Source: Myxococcota bacterium (GTDB taxonomy: Bacteria > Myxococcota_A > SURF-8). Taken from it: 64,000 bases of DNA. Shown one piece after another: positions 9,169 through 19,522 of this stretch (position 1 is the stretch's first letter; every line of letters starts with the position of its first letter). Position numbers and translations under genes: made by a program. The DNA lies in assembly GCA_965140415.1 (NCBI GenBank), contig OZ223209.1, positions 2,368,001 through 2,432,000 of the forward strand, given 5' to 3'. The notes beneath the pieces were generated by a model. That model had not been told where the DNA came from. It was given only the letters and a program-made list of their open reading frames with translations, and searched no databases.

Positions 9169-10677
9169 ATGAGTGCGGATCTCAATAAGCAAAGCACGCA
9201 CGCTCCTGGAACCACCGGGTTGGCGATGGAAGAGCCGCTTGTTTTCGAGCGCGGCAGCCAGGGGCGTATCGGATACAGTCTCCCGAAACTCGACGTACCG
9301 GAAGTCGATCCGGCGCAGGTGTTGGGAAGCGAATTCGATCGCAAGGAAATCGTCGATTTCCCGGAGATTTCCGAAGTGGAAGTCATGCGTCATTTCGTGC
9401 GGATGAGCCAGTGGAATTACGGTGTGGATACCGGATTTTATCCGCTGGGTTCCTGTACGATGAAATATAATCCCAAAATCAATGAGGATACCTGCCGCTA
9501 CGAAGGGTTCACCCAAAGTCACCCGGCCTATCCCGAGCACATGGTGCAGGGATCGCTGGAGTTGATGTATCGGCTGGAAAACATGCTGGCTGAAATTGCA
9601 GGCATGGATGCCACCACCTTGCAGCCCAGCGCGGGTGCGCATGGCGAATTGACTGGTTTGATGCTCATTCGTGCGTATCACATGGATCGCGGTGACAAGC
9701 GCAGCAAGATTCTGGTTCCCGATAGCGCACATGGCACCAATCCGGCGTCTTCTGCATTATGCGGGTTCGATGTTGTGGAAGTGAAGTCCGGTCCCGATGG
9801 TTACCTGCTACCCGAGGCTGTTAAAGAAGCCATGGACGATCAGGTGGCGGCGCTGATGGTCACCAATCCCAATACGGCGGGAATTTTCGAGCGCCACATT
9901 GCGGAAATCGCCCAGATCGTACATGAGGGCGGCGGTTTGATGTACAACGACGGCGCCAATATGAATGCGCTGATGGGCGTTGCACGTCCCGGCGATATGG
10001 GATTTGACGTCATTCAGTACAATCTTCACAAAACCATGTCTACGCCTCACGGCGGCGGCGGCCCCGGTTCCGGTCCAGTGAGTGTCAAAGAAATCCTGCG
10101 ACCTTACTTGCCGGCTCCGCATATTCATCAGACCGAAGAAGGCTTTCGATGGAACTGGGATCTCCCGAAAAGCATCGGTAAAATAAAAGGCTTTTACGGA
10201 AACTTCGGTGTAATGGTGCGTGCTTATACCTACATCCGTGAGATGGGGCCGGAAAATATCAGAAAAGCGGCACAGTACGCGGTTTTAAATGCCAACTACG
10301 TGCGCGCCGGATTGAAAGATCGTTTCCATCTACCGTATGAAACCGACAGCATGCACGAAGTTGTCTTTACCGACAAACTCCAGGCCGCTCGTGGCGTGAC
10401 AACCATGGATATGGCCAAGAAGCTGTTGGATCTCGGTTTTCATGCACCGACGGTGTATTTCCCGTTGATCGTCCATGCCGCGATGATGATCGAACCGACG
10501 GAAACAGAAAGCCGTTTTTCCTGCGATCAGTTCATCGAAGCCATGCGTCTGATCGATGAGGAGAGCAAGACTGAACCGGAAGGCTTCCACGATTATCCGA
10601 AACACACCTTCCGGCGCAGGCTTGATGAAGTCCAGGCGGCAAGAAAGCCTGTTTTACGCTGGCGTAAAGAGGATTAA
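9169..10677 (+). CDS. gcvPB: Glycine dehydrogenase (decarboxylating) subunit 2
   Basis: YPLGSCTMKYNP, SAHGTNPAS, PLP-Lys motif NLHKTMSTPHGGGGPG, MIEPTETES. Confidence 0.96.
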   Translation: MSADLNKQSTHAPGTTGLAMEEPLVFERGSQGRIGYSLPKLDVPEVDPAQVLGSEFDRKEIVDFPEISEVEVMRHFVRMSQWNYGVDTGFYPLGSCTMKYNPKINEDTCRYEGFTQSHPAYPEHMVQGSLELMYRLENMLAEIAGMDATTLQPSAGAHGELTGLMLIRAYHMDRGDKRSKILVPDSAHGTNPASSALCGFDVVEVKSGPDGYLLPEAVKEAMDDQVAALMVTNPNTAGIFERHIAEIAQIVHEGGGLMYNDGANMNALMGVARPGDMGFDVIQYNLHKTMSTPHGGGGPGSGPVSVKEILRPYLPAPHIHQTEEGFRWNWDLPKSIGKIKGFYGNFGVMVRAYTYIREMGPENIRKAAQYAVLNANYVRAGLKDRFHLPYETDSMHEVVFTDKLQAARGVTTMDMAKKLLDLGFHAPTVYFPLIVHAAMMIEPTETESRFSCDQFIEAMRLIDEESKTEPEGFHDYPKHTFRRRLDEVQAARKPVLRWRKED

Positions 10678-10710
10678 TGGCCGATTTCAAGCCGAACTGT
10701 CCCATAAATA

Positions 10711-10750
10711 ATGCCGCTTCCGTAAAAACGGGAGCGGCATCGTTTCTTCA
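10711..10750 (+). terminator. Likely intrinsic terminator of the gcv operon
   Basis: ATGCCGCTTCCGT-AAAA-ACGGGAGCGGCAT stem followed by a T-rich tail. Confidence 0.55.
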
Positions 10751-10754
10751 AATC

Positions 10755-10967
10755 ATGTGCAAAGTGTTGATGGTCGGTTCCGCTATGGTTTTGCTACTAT
10801 GGTTTACGGCTTTCATGCTGCTGTTTTTCCTCTTCCTGCCGGTCTTTTTCGTGATCGACTGGGCGCGCACCGGTCGACGTCAGAACCCCGCACGATTACT
10901 ACGCTTTATGTGGATCAATCGTCCCAGATTGGGCGTTCAAACCTCTTCTCGTCCCCCGGATTGTTAA
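10755..10967 (+). CDS. Possible small membrane protein
   Basis: Long hydrophobic stretch (VLLLWFTAFMLLFFLFLPVFFVI); no recognisable family; start uncertain (10677 or 10755). Confidence 0.35.
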   Translation: MCKVLMVGSAMVLLLWFTAFMLLFFLFLPVFFVIDWARTGRRQNPARLLRFMWINRPRLGVQTSSRPPDC

Positions 10968-10982
10968 CGATTTAGCACTCGA

Positions 10983-11753
10983 TCAGGGCGTTTTCCAGCC
11001 GAAGCCGCCCGAAACGGCAAGGTTCGTCCCGGTAATTTGCGAAGCTTGTTCCGAAAGCAGGAATTGCACCGCCTGGTAAACGTCTTCTGCGCGGGTAAGG
11101 CGACCGGAGGGAATATGCTTTCTCAGTCCCAGTTGATCGTCGTCAACCGTGGCTGTCAATCCCGGTGCAATGGCGTTGACAGTGATGCCCATGGGAGCGA
11201 GTTCTACAGAAAAGGATCGAATAAGTGAAAGCAAGCCACTTTTACAGGCGGCATAGGCTCCTATCGTTTTGTAGGCGGATTGTTTTTCGACCCCGGCGAA
11301 AGTGAACTGAACAATCGCTCCGCCTCGATTGCGCTGAAGCAGAGGCACGGATTGTTGAATGGCAATAAAGGCTTGCAGCAGGTTGCCTTCGAACAGCGCC
11401 TCAAAGGTTTCTGGGCTGGTTTCCATCAACGATCGTCTATGAAAGGGACCGATGGTATTGACGACACCTGCCAGGCTTTCCGTCGTTTCGTAGATGCGCT
11501 CGAAAAAGCGCAGCACGGAAGATGGCGTGCGTGCATCAAGCGGAAAACAGCCACGTACCAATTCAGGTTTTTTAACTTGCAGATCGATAACCGCTTCCGG
11601 GTCGCTGCGATAGGAAAGCAACACCGGGCGGTTTTCTTCGACTAATCGCCGGGCGATGTGCAACCCGAGGTTCTGACCGGCTCCCAGTACCAATACGGGA
11701 GCGGGACTTTTCTGAGTTTGTTCAACTTCAGGATCGTTCGAAGATTGCGTCAT
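10983..11753 (-). CDS. Short-chain dehydrogenase/reductase
   Basis: VLGAGQNLG, YAACK (YxxxK), ITVNAIAPG, ITGTNLAVSGG. Confidence 0.88.
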   Translation of the reverse strand: MTQSSNDPEVEQTQKSPAPVLVLGAGQNLGLHIARRLVEENRPVLLSYRSDPEAVIDLQVKKPELVRGCFPLDARTPSSVLRFFERIYETTESLAGVVNTIGPFHRRSLMETSPETFEALFEGNLLQAFIAIQQSVPLLQRNRGGAIVQFTFAGVEKQSAYKTIGAYAACKSGLLSLIRSFSVELAPMGITVNAIAPGLTATVDDDQLGLRKHIPSGRLTRAEDVYQAVQFLLSEQASQITGTNLAVSGGFGWKTP

Positions 11754-11900
11754 GTAGTCGCCTTTCCTAGAGAACTCGCCATAGCGTATGCAAATCGAAA
11801 GGAAGTGTATCGCAAAAACCGTGAAGAAGGCAAGAAGGTGACGATATAGAGTTTTGCTATAGAAGTTCTTAATAATTGCTAGTTACGGATACGAAGATTT

Positions 11901-12030
11901 TGTGCCATAGTCTTACGCGATCAGAGATCGTGGAAGGCTGTGTATCTTCAATAGGTTAGACACGGCCTCCCGGGATTTCCATTCCGTGAAACCATGGCAC
12001 ATCCCAATTACTCGATGGTCAGGAATGAAT
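11901..12030. repeat. Intergenic long-hairpin repeat element, copy 1 (inverted copy at 24037-24164)
   Basis: Core 11901-12001 is bounded by TGTGCCAT...ATGGCACA; 8 differences in 101 bp versus the reverse complement of 24064-24164. Confidence 0.85.
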
Positions 12031-12063
12031 GATAGAGGATCTAGAAAGAGAGAGACTCAGATA

Positions 12064-13014
12064 TCAACGGAGGCAGGTGTTTTTATAGGCGCTCTGCAAT
12101 CGCGACGCGCTTTCTCTCAACCCCAGTAGTTCCCGTTCGGATAGGTTCAATTCAAGTGCTTTTTCAACGCCTTTGGCACTGATGAGCGTCGGCAGGCCCA
12201 GGCAGACATCGTTTAAGCCATATTGACCGCGAGTGGGAGTGGAAACCGTCAATACCCGACGCTCGTCTTCCAGGATAGCTCGAATGATGCGCGCGACTGC
12301 CATACTGACACCGTAGTTCGTAACCCCCTTGGCGCGAATGATATTTTCGGCGGAGGTTCGTACGCGCTCGGTGATGGACTCTCGGATCGCTTCGGTAAAG
12401 CTTACGCCGGCATGTTGGCAATAAAGCTCCAATGACATGCCACCAACCTGGGCGGAACTCCACAACGGCGTTTCGCTGTCGCCATGCTCACCCACGATAT
12501 AAGCGTGAACGTTATGCGGGTCGACGTCCAACCATTCACTGAGCATGAAGCGGAAACGGGCCGTATCCAGAACCGTACCGGAGCCTAAAACCCGTCCCGG
12601 CGGCAGGTCGGATTCCTCCAGGCAGAGCCGGGTCAGAACGTCGACCGGATTGGATACGATCAGCAGAATGCCATCGAATGGCTTTTCTAATAGCGATCCA
12701 AGAACATTACGTGTGATTTCGACATTTCGTTTCAGTAAATCCAGGCGGCTTTCTCCCGCTTTCTGCTTGGCTCCGGCAGTAAGCACTACAATGTCTGCAT
12801 CCCGGATATCGTCGTAATCTCCGGTATTTATCGCCACGCGGGGAGAGAAGGGCAGACCGTGATTCAGATCCATCACTTCACCGATCAGGCGCTGCTGGTT
12901 TTTGTCGAGCAACACGATCTCTCTTGCAATTCCAGATACTTCCAGTGTGTACGCCAGTGTCACGCCGACTGCTCCTGCACCGATGATTCCGATTTTCTGT
13001 CTTTTCATTAGCAT
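12064..13014 (-). CDS. ldh: L-lactate dehydrogenase
   Basis: IIGAGAVG, TAGAKQKAGESRLDL (Gln specificity residue), VSNPVD, GSGTVLDTARFR, GEHGDSE. Confidence 0.92.
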   Translation of the reverse strand: MLMKRQKIGIIGAGAVGVTLAYTLEVSGIAREIVLLDKNQQRLIGEVMDLNHGLPFSPRVAINTGDYDDIRDADIVVLTAGAKQKAGESRLDLLKRNVEITRNVLGSLLEKPFDGILLIVSNPVDVLTRLCLEESDLPPGRVLGSGTVLDTARFRFMLSEWLDVDPHNVHAYIVGEHGDSETPLWSSAQVGGMSLELYCQHAGVSFTEAIRESITERVRTSAENIIRAKGVTNYGVSMAVARIIRAILEDERRVLTVSTPTRGQYGLNDVCLGLPTLISAKGVEKALELNLSERELLGLRESASRLQSAYKNTCLR

Positions 13015-13304
13015 TAGCAAGCTCCCCGAATCGTTTTGATATGACCAGGCCCAATATATGGAGGGATCAGGATATCCAAGCTATTCCAAACAATCATTAT
13101 TCTCTGTGGCGATGGAAAGATAAATGAGTCGCACTGAATAAAAAACGATTGCGTTTAAACGAGGAGAATGACAGTATAGTTGCGCTTTTTCTGCGCCCCC
13201 GCGAAACGTCTATTACGCGGTTGTGTCTCTTTAAGTCGACGATCTTCTGTGAATTATTGAATACTGTGAATGATCGACGCAGCTAGTTTCGGAAGTGGTA
13301 AATC

Positions 13305-14693
13305 ATGTCAGATTCCGTTCTTGTACAACCGGATGAAACGACGTCGAGTTCTGTCGTAAATCAACGTTCGGGTACGTCTATCGAGTTGATCGTACTCGCA
13401 TTCCCGATGATGATCTCCTTTCTCTCGCACACCCTGATGAGTGTTGCGGATACGTATATTATCGGCAGGGTTGGAACCACCGAACAGGCGGCTGTCGGAT
13501 TGGGTGGCTTTTTAACCTGGGCCGTCATCAGTTTGTTTGCCGGAACGATGACCGCCGTAACTACGTTTGTGGCTCAAAGTTATGGCGCAGGACGAGTTCG
13601 CGAACTGCGCAAATGGGTAGTGGCCGGATTTCTGTTGATCGTGCCGTTTTCATTGACGATTGCGGCTGTCTATCCTTTTCTCGATGATCTGATCTCCGTG
13701 GTTGGAACGGCTGCCGAGGTACAACCTCTTTCCGTGACGTACATTCGCATTCTTCTATTGGGCGCACCATTGATCATGATGCAGTTCAACCTGACTTCGT
13801 TTCTGCGGGGGTTGGGAGATACCGTAACGCCCATGGTGGTTACGATCATTGCCAATGTAATCAACATCCTGCTGGATATCATTCTTATTTTCGGTTACGG
13901 ACCGATTCCGGCAATGGGTGTTGCCGGGGCGGCGGTTGCTTCCGTAACTGCGGGTGTGTTGGGGACGCTGATTTACTTTCGAATTTATTTCGGCAAGAAA
14001 AATCATGAGTTATACGACACTCGGACGTTTTCCGGATTGCACTGGGAAGAACTTGTTTCCTTTGTGCGTATCGGACTGCCGATAGGTGGAGCCTGGTTCA
14101 TCGAAAATCTCGCCTGGAATGTCATGGTGGTATACATCAGTACGTTGTCAGCGGTAACGTTAGCGGCTCATACCATCGTTTTCCAATTGATCAGTTTTTC
14201 CTTCATGCCCACCATTGCGCTGTCGGTCTCTGCCTCGACGCTTGTCGGTCAATATCTGGGGGCGCAACGACCCGATCTGGCCAAGCGGTCAGCCAAACTT
14301 ACCATAATCTGGGGAATGGTGCTGATGGGAACGGTCGGCTTGATCTTTGCCCTGCTTCGAGGCCGATTGATTGCACTGTTCAACGATGATCCGGCGGTGG
14401 TTGCCACAGGTGGCGGCATATTGCTGATTGCCGCCGCTTTTCAGATCTTCGATGCAATGGGCTTGACGATTGATGGTGTGTTGCGCGGAGCGGGCGATAC
14501 GCGCTTTCCTTTATTGGCTCGGTTGACGATTGGCTGGGCGCTGTTTGTGCCCGGTGTATTCGTACTGGGCGACTGGGTCGGATGGGGAGTGTATGGCGCC
14601 TGGGCGGCGAGCCTGTTGTTTGTCGTCGTACTGGGTGTAGTGATGTTCCGGCGTTATCAGAAAGGCCGTTGGTTGGAAATGAAAGTGACTTAA
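13305..14693 (+). CDS. MATE family efflux transporter
   Basis: About 12 hydrophobic segments; FLRGLGDT..PM, LVGQYLGA and LRGAGDTR motifs. Confidence 0.92.
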   Translation: MSDSVLVQPDETTSSSVVNQRSGTSIELIVLAFPMMISFLSHTLMSVADTYIIGRVGTTEQAAVGLGGFLTWAVISLFAGTMTAVTTFVAQSYGAGRVRELRKWVVAGFLLIVPFSLTIAAVYPFLDDLISVVGTAAEVQPLSVTYIRILLLGAPLIMMQFNLTSFLRGLGDTVTPMVVTIIANVINILLDIILIFGYGPIPAMGVAGAAVASVTAGVLGTLIYFRIYFGKKNHELYDTRTFSGLHWEELVSFVRIGLPIGGAWFIENLAWNVMVVYISTLSAVTLAAHTIVFQLISFSFMPTIALSVSASTLVGQYLGAQRPDLAKRSAKLTIIWGMVLMGTVGLIFALLRGRLIALFNDDPAVVATGGGILLIAAAFQIFDAMGLTIDGVLRGAGDTRFPLLARLTIGWALFVPGVFVLGDWVGWGVYGAWAASLLFVVVLGVVMFRRYQKGRWLEMKVT

Positions 14694-14853
14694 ATCAAAG
14701 TGATGTCACATTTTTCTTTGACCTGAGGCGCGATCTATACCAATACTAGAGCAACTTGCCGAATGAGAATGAATGACAGGCAAAGCAAACGCCAGTTCCA
14801 AACAATTTGAACCTGTAGATGCTTGAACAAGCAGAATTGGAGAGAATGCGACG

Positions 14854-15954
14854 ATGCGAAACGCCTACATAGCCAAACAGAAACAGGAGAATGGGCGGAA
14901 AGTGCTGGCCGTACTTCCGATCAGCTATCCCAAGGAAATTCTTACTGCAATGAATATTCTGGCGGTGGAAATCTGGGGGCCTCCCGGACCGCCTCGCAGC
15001 GCCGAAGCAGGACGCATTCAGACTTATGTCTGTCCGATCGTGCGTAACGCTCTGGGATTCATGGCGGGTGGTGGTATCCAGGCTGTTGACGGCGTTCTTT
15101 TTCCGCATACCTGCGATAGCATACAGGGCTTGGCGACTCAGTTGCCCGATCTGGGTGAATGGCCGCTGCCGGTCTTCAATTTCATTCATCCCAAGGGTGA
15201 TGATCGCCCCAGCATGCGGCGTTACTTGAAACAGGAGCTATTAAGCTTTGCCGGCGATCTGCAACAACTGACGGGAACCGTTCTCGATCCTGCCAAACTT
15301 GCCGACGCCATCCGGCTACATCGGGAAATCGATGCGTTACGCATGGAGTTGATTGGCAGACGCCGATATGTACCGCAAAGCGACAAGGAGTTCTATGGTG
15401 CTCTACGAAAGGGTGAATATCTGTGGCCGGAAGAGTACCTGGCTGAGTTGCAGGAACTGAAGAAAGGGCTTTCCGATCAACCGGTGCAAACGGGTACGCC
15501 GATCATGATCAGCGGGATCGTTCCGGAACCCATGAGCATATACGACAATCTCAACGAAGCGGGCGCGGTTGTTGTTGCCGATGATTATGCCGCCATCGGA
15601 CGCCGCATTACGGCATTCCAGCCTGTTCAAGTTGCAAATGATCCCTTCGATACGCTGGTTGAGTTGTATTTCAAGCAGCCTCCCTGTTCCACGCGCGAAG
15701 GCCTGATCGATCCAAGGCGCGATTACCTGATGATGCGCTTCCGCGAATCGGAAGCACAAGGCGTCATTTTGCATAACATCAAATTCTGCGAGCCTGAACT
15801 GTTCGATGTTCCGCATCTTCGCAAGCGTTTCGCCGAAGAGAATATCCCCCTGCTTTACATGGAAGGCGAATTGGAGACGGAATTGTCCGGTCAGGCGATT
15901 ACAAGGTTGGAAGCGTTTGTGGAGATGGCGTCCAACGGCAGGAGGCAGTCATGA
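14854..15954 (+). CDS. 2-hydroxyacyl-CoA dehydratase family subunit (HgdB/HadC/BzdN-like)
   Basis: YPKEILTA, QTYVCPIVR, FPHTCDS, KFCEPELFD, RLEAFVEM. Confidence 0.87.
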   Translation: MRNAYIAKQKQENGRKVLAVLPISYPKEILTAMNILAVEIWGPPGPPRSAEAGRIQTYVCPIVRNALGFMAGGGIQAVDGVLFPHTCDSIQGLATQLPDLGEWPLPVFNFIHPKGDDRPSMRRYLKQELLSFAGDLQQLTGTVLDPAKLADAIRLHREIDALRMELIGRRRYVPQSDKEFYGALRKGEYLWPEEYLAELQELKKGLSDQPVQTGTPIMISGIVPEPMSIYDNLNEAGAVVVADDYAAIGRRITAFQPVQVANDPFDTLVELYFKQPPCSTREGLIDPRRDYLMMRFRESEAQGVILHNIKFCEPELFDVPHLRKRFAEENIPLLYMEGELETELSGQAITRLEAFVEMASNGRRQS

Positions 15955-17270
15955 TTAAGCGGAGGTTGCAGTATGAGTTGGTAGGGCGGGTCGTCGGTCC
16001 GGCCATGATGAAATTCAACCAGTGGCAGACGGAACAAAAACGCAAGAAGCGCAAGCCGAAGGAAAATGCGTTCGGACCGCCATTGCAATGCAACGACAAG
16101 CTCCGTGAAATCATGACCATGCACTATTTCCAGGGGCGTTACGCCGATGGCGCGGTGCCTGTGGCCTGGGTGACGAGCGGGTTTCCGTCCGAAGTGCTGC
16201 GCCTTTTAGGCTATTATGTCATTTATCCGGAAAATCATGCCGCATTGTGCGGTGCGCGAAAGATGACGCCGGAAATTTCCGATGTGGCCGAGCAGGAAGG
16301 CTATGCACGCGACGTGTGCAGCTATGCCCGCACCGACATCGGAAACGTGCTGAAGACCAATACGCCGGTTGGACGTTTACCCAAGCCGGATCTGGTGGCT
16401 TGTTGCACCAATATCTGTCAGACCGTTCTGTATTGGTATCGTGCGCTGGCCGAATATTTCCAGGTGCCGCTGGTGCTGATCGATACACCGTTTATCTACG
16501 GTGAGATGAAAGATCATCACGTATTGTACGTCAAGGAACAGTTGGAAGAACTGATCCAGGTGGCGGAGAAAGTCGCTGGAAGAAAGGTGGATGAGGAGAA
16601 GTACGTCGAGATCCTGTACAAATCCCTGGAAGGCAGCAACTTGTGGGGTGAATGTTTGGAAATCGCGCGCGCCAAGCCTTCTCCCTGGACCGGTTTCGAC
16701 ACCTTTTTCCATATTGCACCGATTGTCAGCATTCGAGGCACGGACGAATGCAACGCCTACTATCGGATGCTCAAAGACGAGTTGGAAGACCGCGTAAAGA
16801 AGGGGATTGGCGGGATTAAGGACGAGAAAGTCCGGTTGTTGTGGGACAATCTCCCGATCTGGTTCAACGTGCGCGAACTTGCAACGATGTTTGCCGAGCG
16901 CGGGTTTAACTTTGTCTGTGCAACCTACTCGAATGCCTGGGCGGAGGCGGGGCGTCTGATCGTTCCCGACGATCCATACGTTTCCACCGCCAAAGCCTAT
17001 TTGATGGTCTATCTCAACCGGGATCTTGCCAATCGGCTGGAGACCATGAAGCAATTGGCCCGGGATTACAAGGTGGATGGCGCGGTATTGCATAGCGACC
17101 GCTCCTGCAAACCGTATTCGGTCGGCCAGATCGACGTCAAACGACGTTTTGCCGAAGATATGGGATTGAAAGCCTTGGTGCTGGAGGCGGATCACAACGA
17201 CCAGCGCCTGTACTCGACCGAGCAGGGTGAAACGCGCTTGCATGCCTTCATGGAGAGTTTCGATGTCTGA
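15951..17270 (+). CDS. 2-hydroxyacyl-CoA dehydratase family subunit (HgdA/HadB/BzdO-like)
   Basis: YPENHAA, DVCSYAR, TNICQT, HSDRSCKP, TRLHAFME; 4-bp overlap with the upstream gene. Confidence 0.87.
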   Translation: MIKRRLQYELVGRVVGPAMMKFNQWQTEQKRKKRKPKENAFGPPLQCNDKLREIMTMHYFQGRYADGAVPVAWVTSGFPSEVLRLLGYYVIYPENHAALCGARKMTPEISDVAEQEGYARDVCSYARTDIGNVLKTNTPVGRLPKPDLVACCTNICQTVLYWYRALAEYFQVPLVLIDTPFIYGEMKDHHVLYVKEQLEELIQVAEKVAGRKVDEEKYVEILYKSLEGSNLWGECLEIARAKPSPWTGFDTFFHIAPIVSIRGTDECNAYYRMLKDELEDRVKKGIGGIKDEKVRLLWDNLPIWFNVRELATMFAERGFNFVCATYSNAWAEAGRLIVPDDPYVSTAKAYLMVYLNRDLANRLETMKQLARDYKVDGAVLHSDRSCKPYSVGQIDVKRRFAEDMGLKALVLEADHNDQRLYSTEQGETRLHAFMESFDV

Positions 17271-18027
17271 TGCAGTAGCAATCGGGGTCGATATCGGATC
17301 GACGACCTGGAAAGCCGTGGTGATTGACGGAAAAGGCGACATCCTGTACCACCGGGTGGAATCGACCGATCCTTTGATCGCGCAGCAGACGGAAACGATC
17401 TTGAAGGAAATGCGTGAGCAGGCCGGATTGGATGCCTCCATTCCGGTCGGGGCGACGGGATACGGGCGCAAACGTGTGCAGGCAACGCGCATTCTGACAG
17501 AAATCACCTGCCATGCCAAGGGCGCATTCCATCACGCGAAGCAGCCTGGGGTACTCATCGATATCGGCGGGCAGGACACCAAGGTCATCCATATCGGTAC
17601 TAGCGGCGAAGTGGTCGATTTTCATATGAACGACAAGTGCGCGGCGGGTACGGGGCGCTTTTTGGAAGTGATTCTTTCCCGTCTTCACGTTCCGCTTGAA
17701 GATATTGCCGAGCGCGTTTCCAACGCGCAGAAAGCGATTGTCGTATCCAATACCTGTACGGTCTTTGCTGAAAGCGAAGTCGTGTCGCTGGTCGCCCAAG
17801 GTGAGGACGTCAACGACATCGTCAACGGCCTGTTGCAGTCCTTGGCGGGTCGTGTGGCGGCGTTGGCGGGTTCGTTACCAAGTGCGGTTCCGATCTGGAT
17901 GAGCGGCGGTGTGGCGTTGAATCCGGCGATGGTTTCTTCGTTAAGCCAACGACTGGAGCGCCCGGTAAAGGTGCTGCCGCATCCGCAATTGATCGGTGCT
18001 CTGGGGGCGGCTCTTTCCGTACGATAA
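17263..18027 (+). CDS. ATP-dependent CoA-enzyme activator (HgdC/HadI/BzdQ-like ASKHA Fe-S ATPase)
   Basis: GVDIGSTTWK, TGYGR, EITCHAKG, DIGGQDTK, MNDKCAAGTGRFL, CTVFAESE. Confidence 0.92.
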   Translation: MSDAVAIGVDIGSTTWKAVVIDGKGDILYHRVESTDPLIAQQTETILKEMREQAGLDASIPVGATGYGRKRVQATRILTEITCHAKGAFHHAKQPGVLIDIGGQDTKVIHIGTSGEVVDFHMNDKCAAGTGRFLEVILSRLHVPLEDIAERVSNAQKAIVVSNTCTVFAESEVVSLVAQGEDVNDIVNGLLQSLAGRVAALAGSLPSAVPIWMSGGVALNPAMVSSLSQRLERPVKVLPHPQLIGALGAALSVR

Positions 18028-18112
18028 CTCTATATATTTGATTTGTTTTTCTGGTTCCCGTGGTTTGTAGTTCGAGTTGTTTTGTAGAACTCATGCGTGA
18101 AAGGTAGTAACG

Positions 18113-19507
18113 ATGGAAAACATGTTCAGGTGTTTCCTGTTGGTGCAGGTATGTGTGATTCTCCTGCTGTGTTCGTGTTCTGAGGATGAACAGATCGACG
18201 GCGATATGGATTTCACTGATGGAGATTCCGAAATCGAAAGCGTGGATGGCGATTTCTCCACAGATGGCGATTCGGAAGGGGATGCTGAAATCGATACTGC
18301 ACCGCTGGCGTGCAGGGAGGAAGTCTCGGAGCGAACGCTGGATTGGCAGCCGGATGAAACATTCGAGATGGGCCCGTACTTGATGAGTCCGTCTCCGACC
18401 GGTATCACGATCATGTGGTATACGCTGGATGAGGCCGATGGTGAAGTGCTGTTTGGCGAGGGCGACGACTTGAATCTCTCTGCAACTCAAGAAGGTAGCG
18501 TGAAGATTCATGAGGTTGTATTGAGCGATCTGAAACCCAATACACGCTATGGATACAAGGTGCGTTCTGGAGAGACGACTTCGGAGCTTCATCATTTCTA
18601 CACGGCGGTGGAAGAAAATCAGGGATTCAATTTCGCCGTGTGGGGCGATAATCAAAACGGTCCCGATGTTTTCCGGACGGTAGTGGATGGCATCGCCGCA
18701 GAGAAACCCTATTTGCTGGTTGGTGTTGGCGACCATACCCAGGATGGTACCGATTTCAGCTTGTGGAAAGAGCAGCTATTCGGACCGGCACGAGGGCTCT
18801 TTCATGAAGTGGCTTTGTATGCCGCGATGGGAAATCATAATTACTACAGCGAGAACTACAACGATCTGTTTGCATTTCCCTATCCGCCGGATCACCCGGA
18901 GCAGGAATCGACTTATTCCTTTACCTACGGCAATGCCTTTTTCCTGGTCATCGATACGAACCAGATTTTCTATCCGTTCGGTGCCGTAGAAACCGATCTG
19001 TCCACCTACATACGCGAGCAACTGGATTCCGAAGCCGCACAGCAGGCTACCTGGCGTTTTGCACTGGGGCATGAACCCGGTTATGCCGAAGGCTGGGGAG
19101 ATGGCTCCTGCCACTACGACGGCTACGATCCGGTGCGTGGTTGGTTGTTGCCGCTGCTGGCCGAAAAGAAGTTTCACGCTTATTTCAGTGGCCACATGCA
19201 CGGCTACGAGCGTGGCGCGGTGGATGGACTCGTTCAAATCATCACTGGTGGCGGTGGTGGTGGTCTGGATGCCTGGTGCAAAGACTGGCCGCAAACGAGC
19301 GTCGCTCATTACGAGCATAACTTCTTGAGAATCGAAGCCGGTTGCGATCAATTGCGCATTGAAGCGAAGTATCCGGATGGCGAAGTGTTCGACTGGATCG
19401 TGCTGGATGCCGAAACCTATGGTGAGGTTGTAGAACAGGGGCCGGTTGCGGATCTGCCTTCGCCGACGATCAATTCCGACTCCCAGGAAACTCCACCTAC
19501 TCGATAA
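18113..19507 (+). CDS. Lipoprotein purple-acid-phosphatase-like metallophosphoesterase (FN3-like + catalytic domain) with DGD linker
   Basis: Lipobox LCSC; WGDNQ, VGDH, MGNHN, SGHMHGYER, IITGGGG. Confidence 0.85.
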   Translation: MENMFRCFLLVQVCVILLLCSCSEDEQIDGDMDFTDGDSEIESVDGDFSTDGDSEGDAEIDTAPLACREEVSERTLDWQPDETFEMGPYLMSPSPTGITIMWYTLDEADGEVLFGEGDDLNLSATQEGSVKIHEVVLSDLKPNTRYGYKVRSGETTSELHHFYTAVEENQGFNFAVWGDNQNGPDVFRTVVDGIAAEKPYLLVGVGDHTQDGTDFSLWKEQLFGPARGLFHEVALYAAMGNHNYYSENYNDLFAFPYPPDHPEQESTYSFTYGNAFFLVIDTNQIFYPFGAVETDLSTYIREQLDSEAAQQATWRFALGHEPGYAEGWGDGSCHYDGYDPVRGWLLPLLAEKKFHAYFSGHMHGYERGAVDGLVQIITGGGGGGLDAWCKDWPQTSVAHYEHNFLRIEAGCDQLRIEAKYPDGEVFDWIVLDAETYGEVVEQGPVADLPSPTINSDSQETPPTR

Positions 19508-19522
19508 CAAAACGCGAGGAGC

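Noticed and set aside
11901-12001. Hairpin element as an integron attC site, SRP RNA or 6S RNA
   Set aside because: No terminal RYYYAAC/GTTRRRY boxes (GTTAGAC lies in the loop and is not conserved in copy 2), no SRP GGAA-loop motif, and too short for 6S
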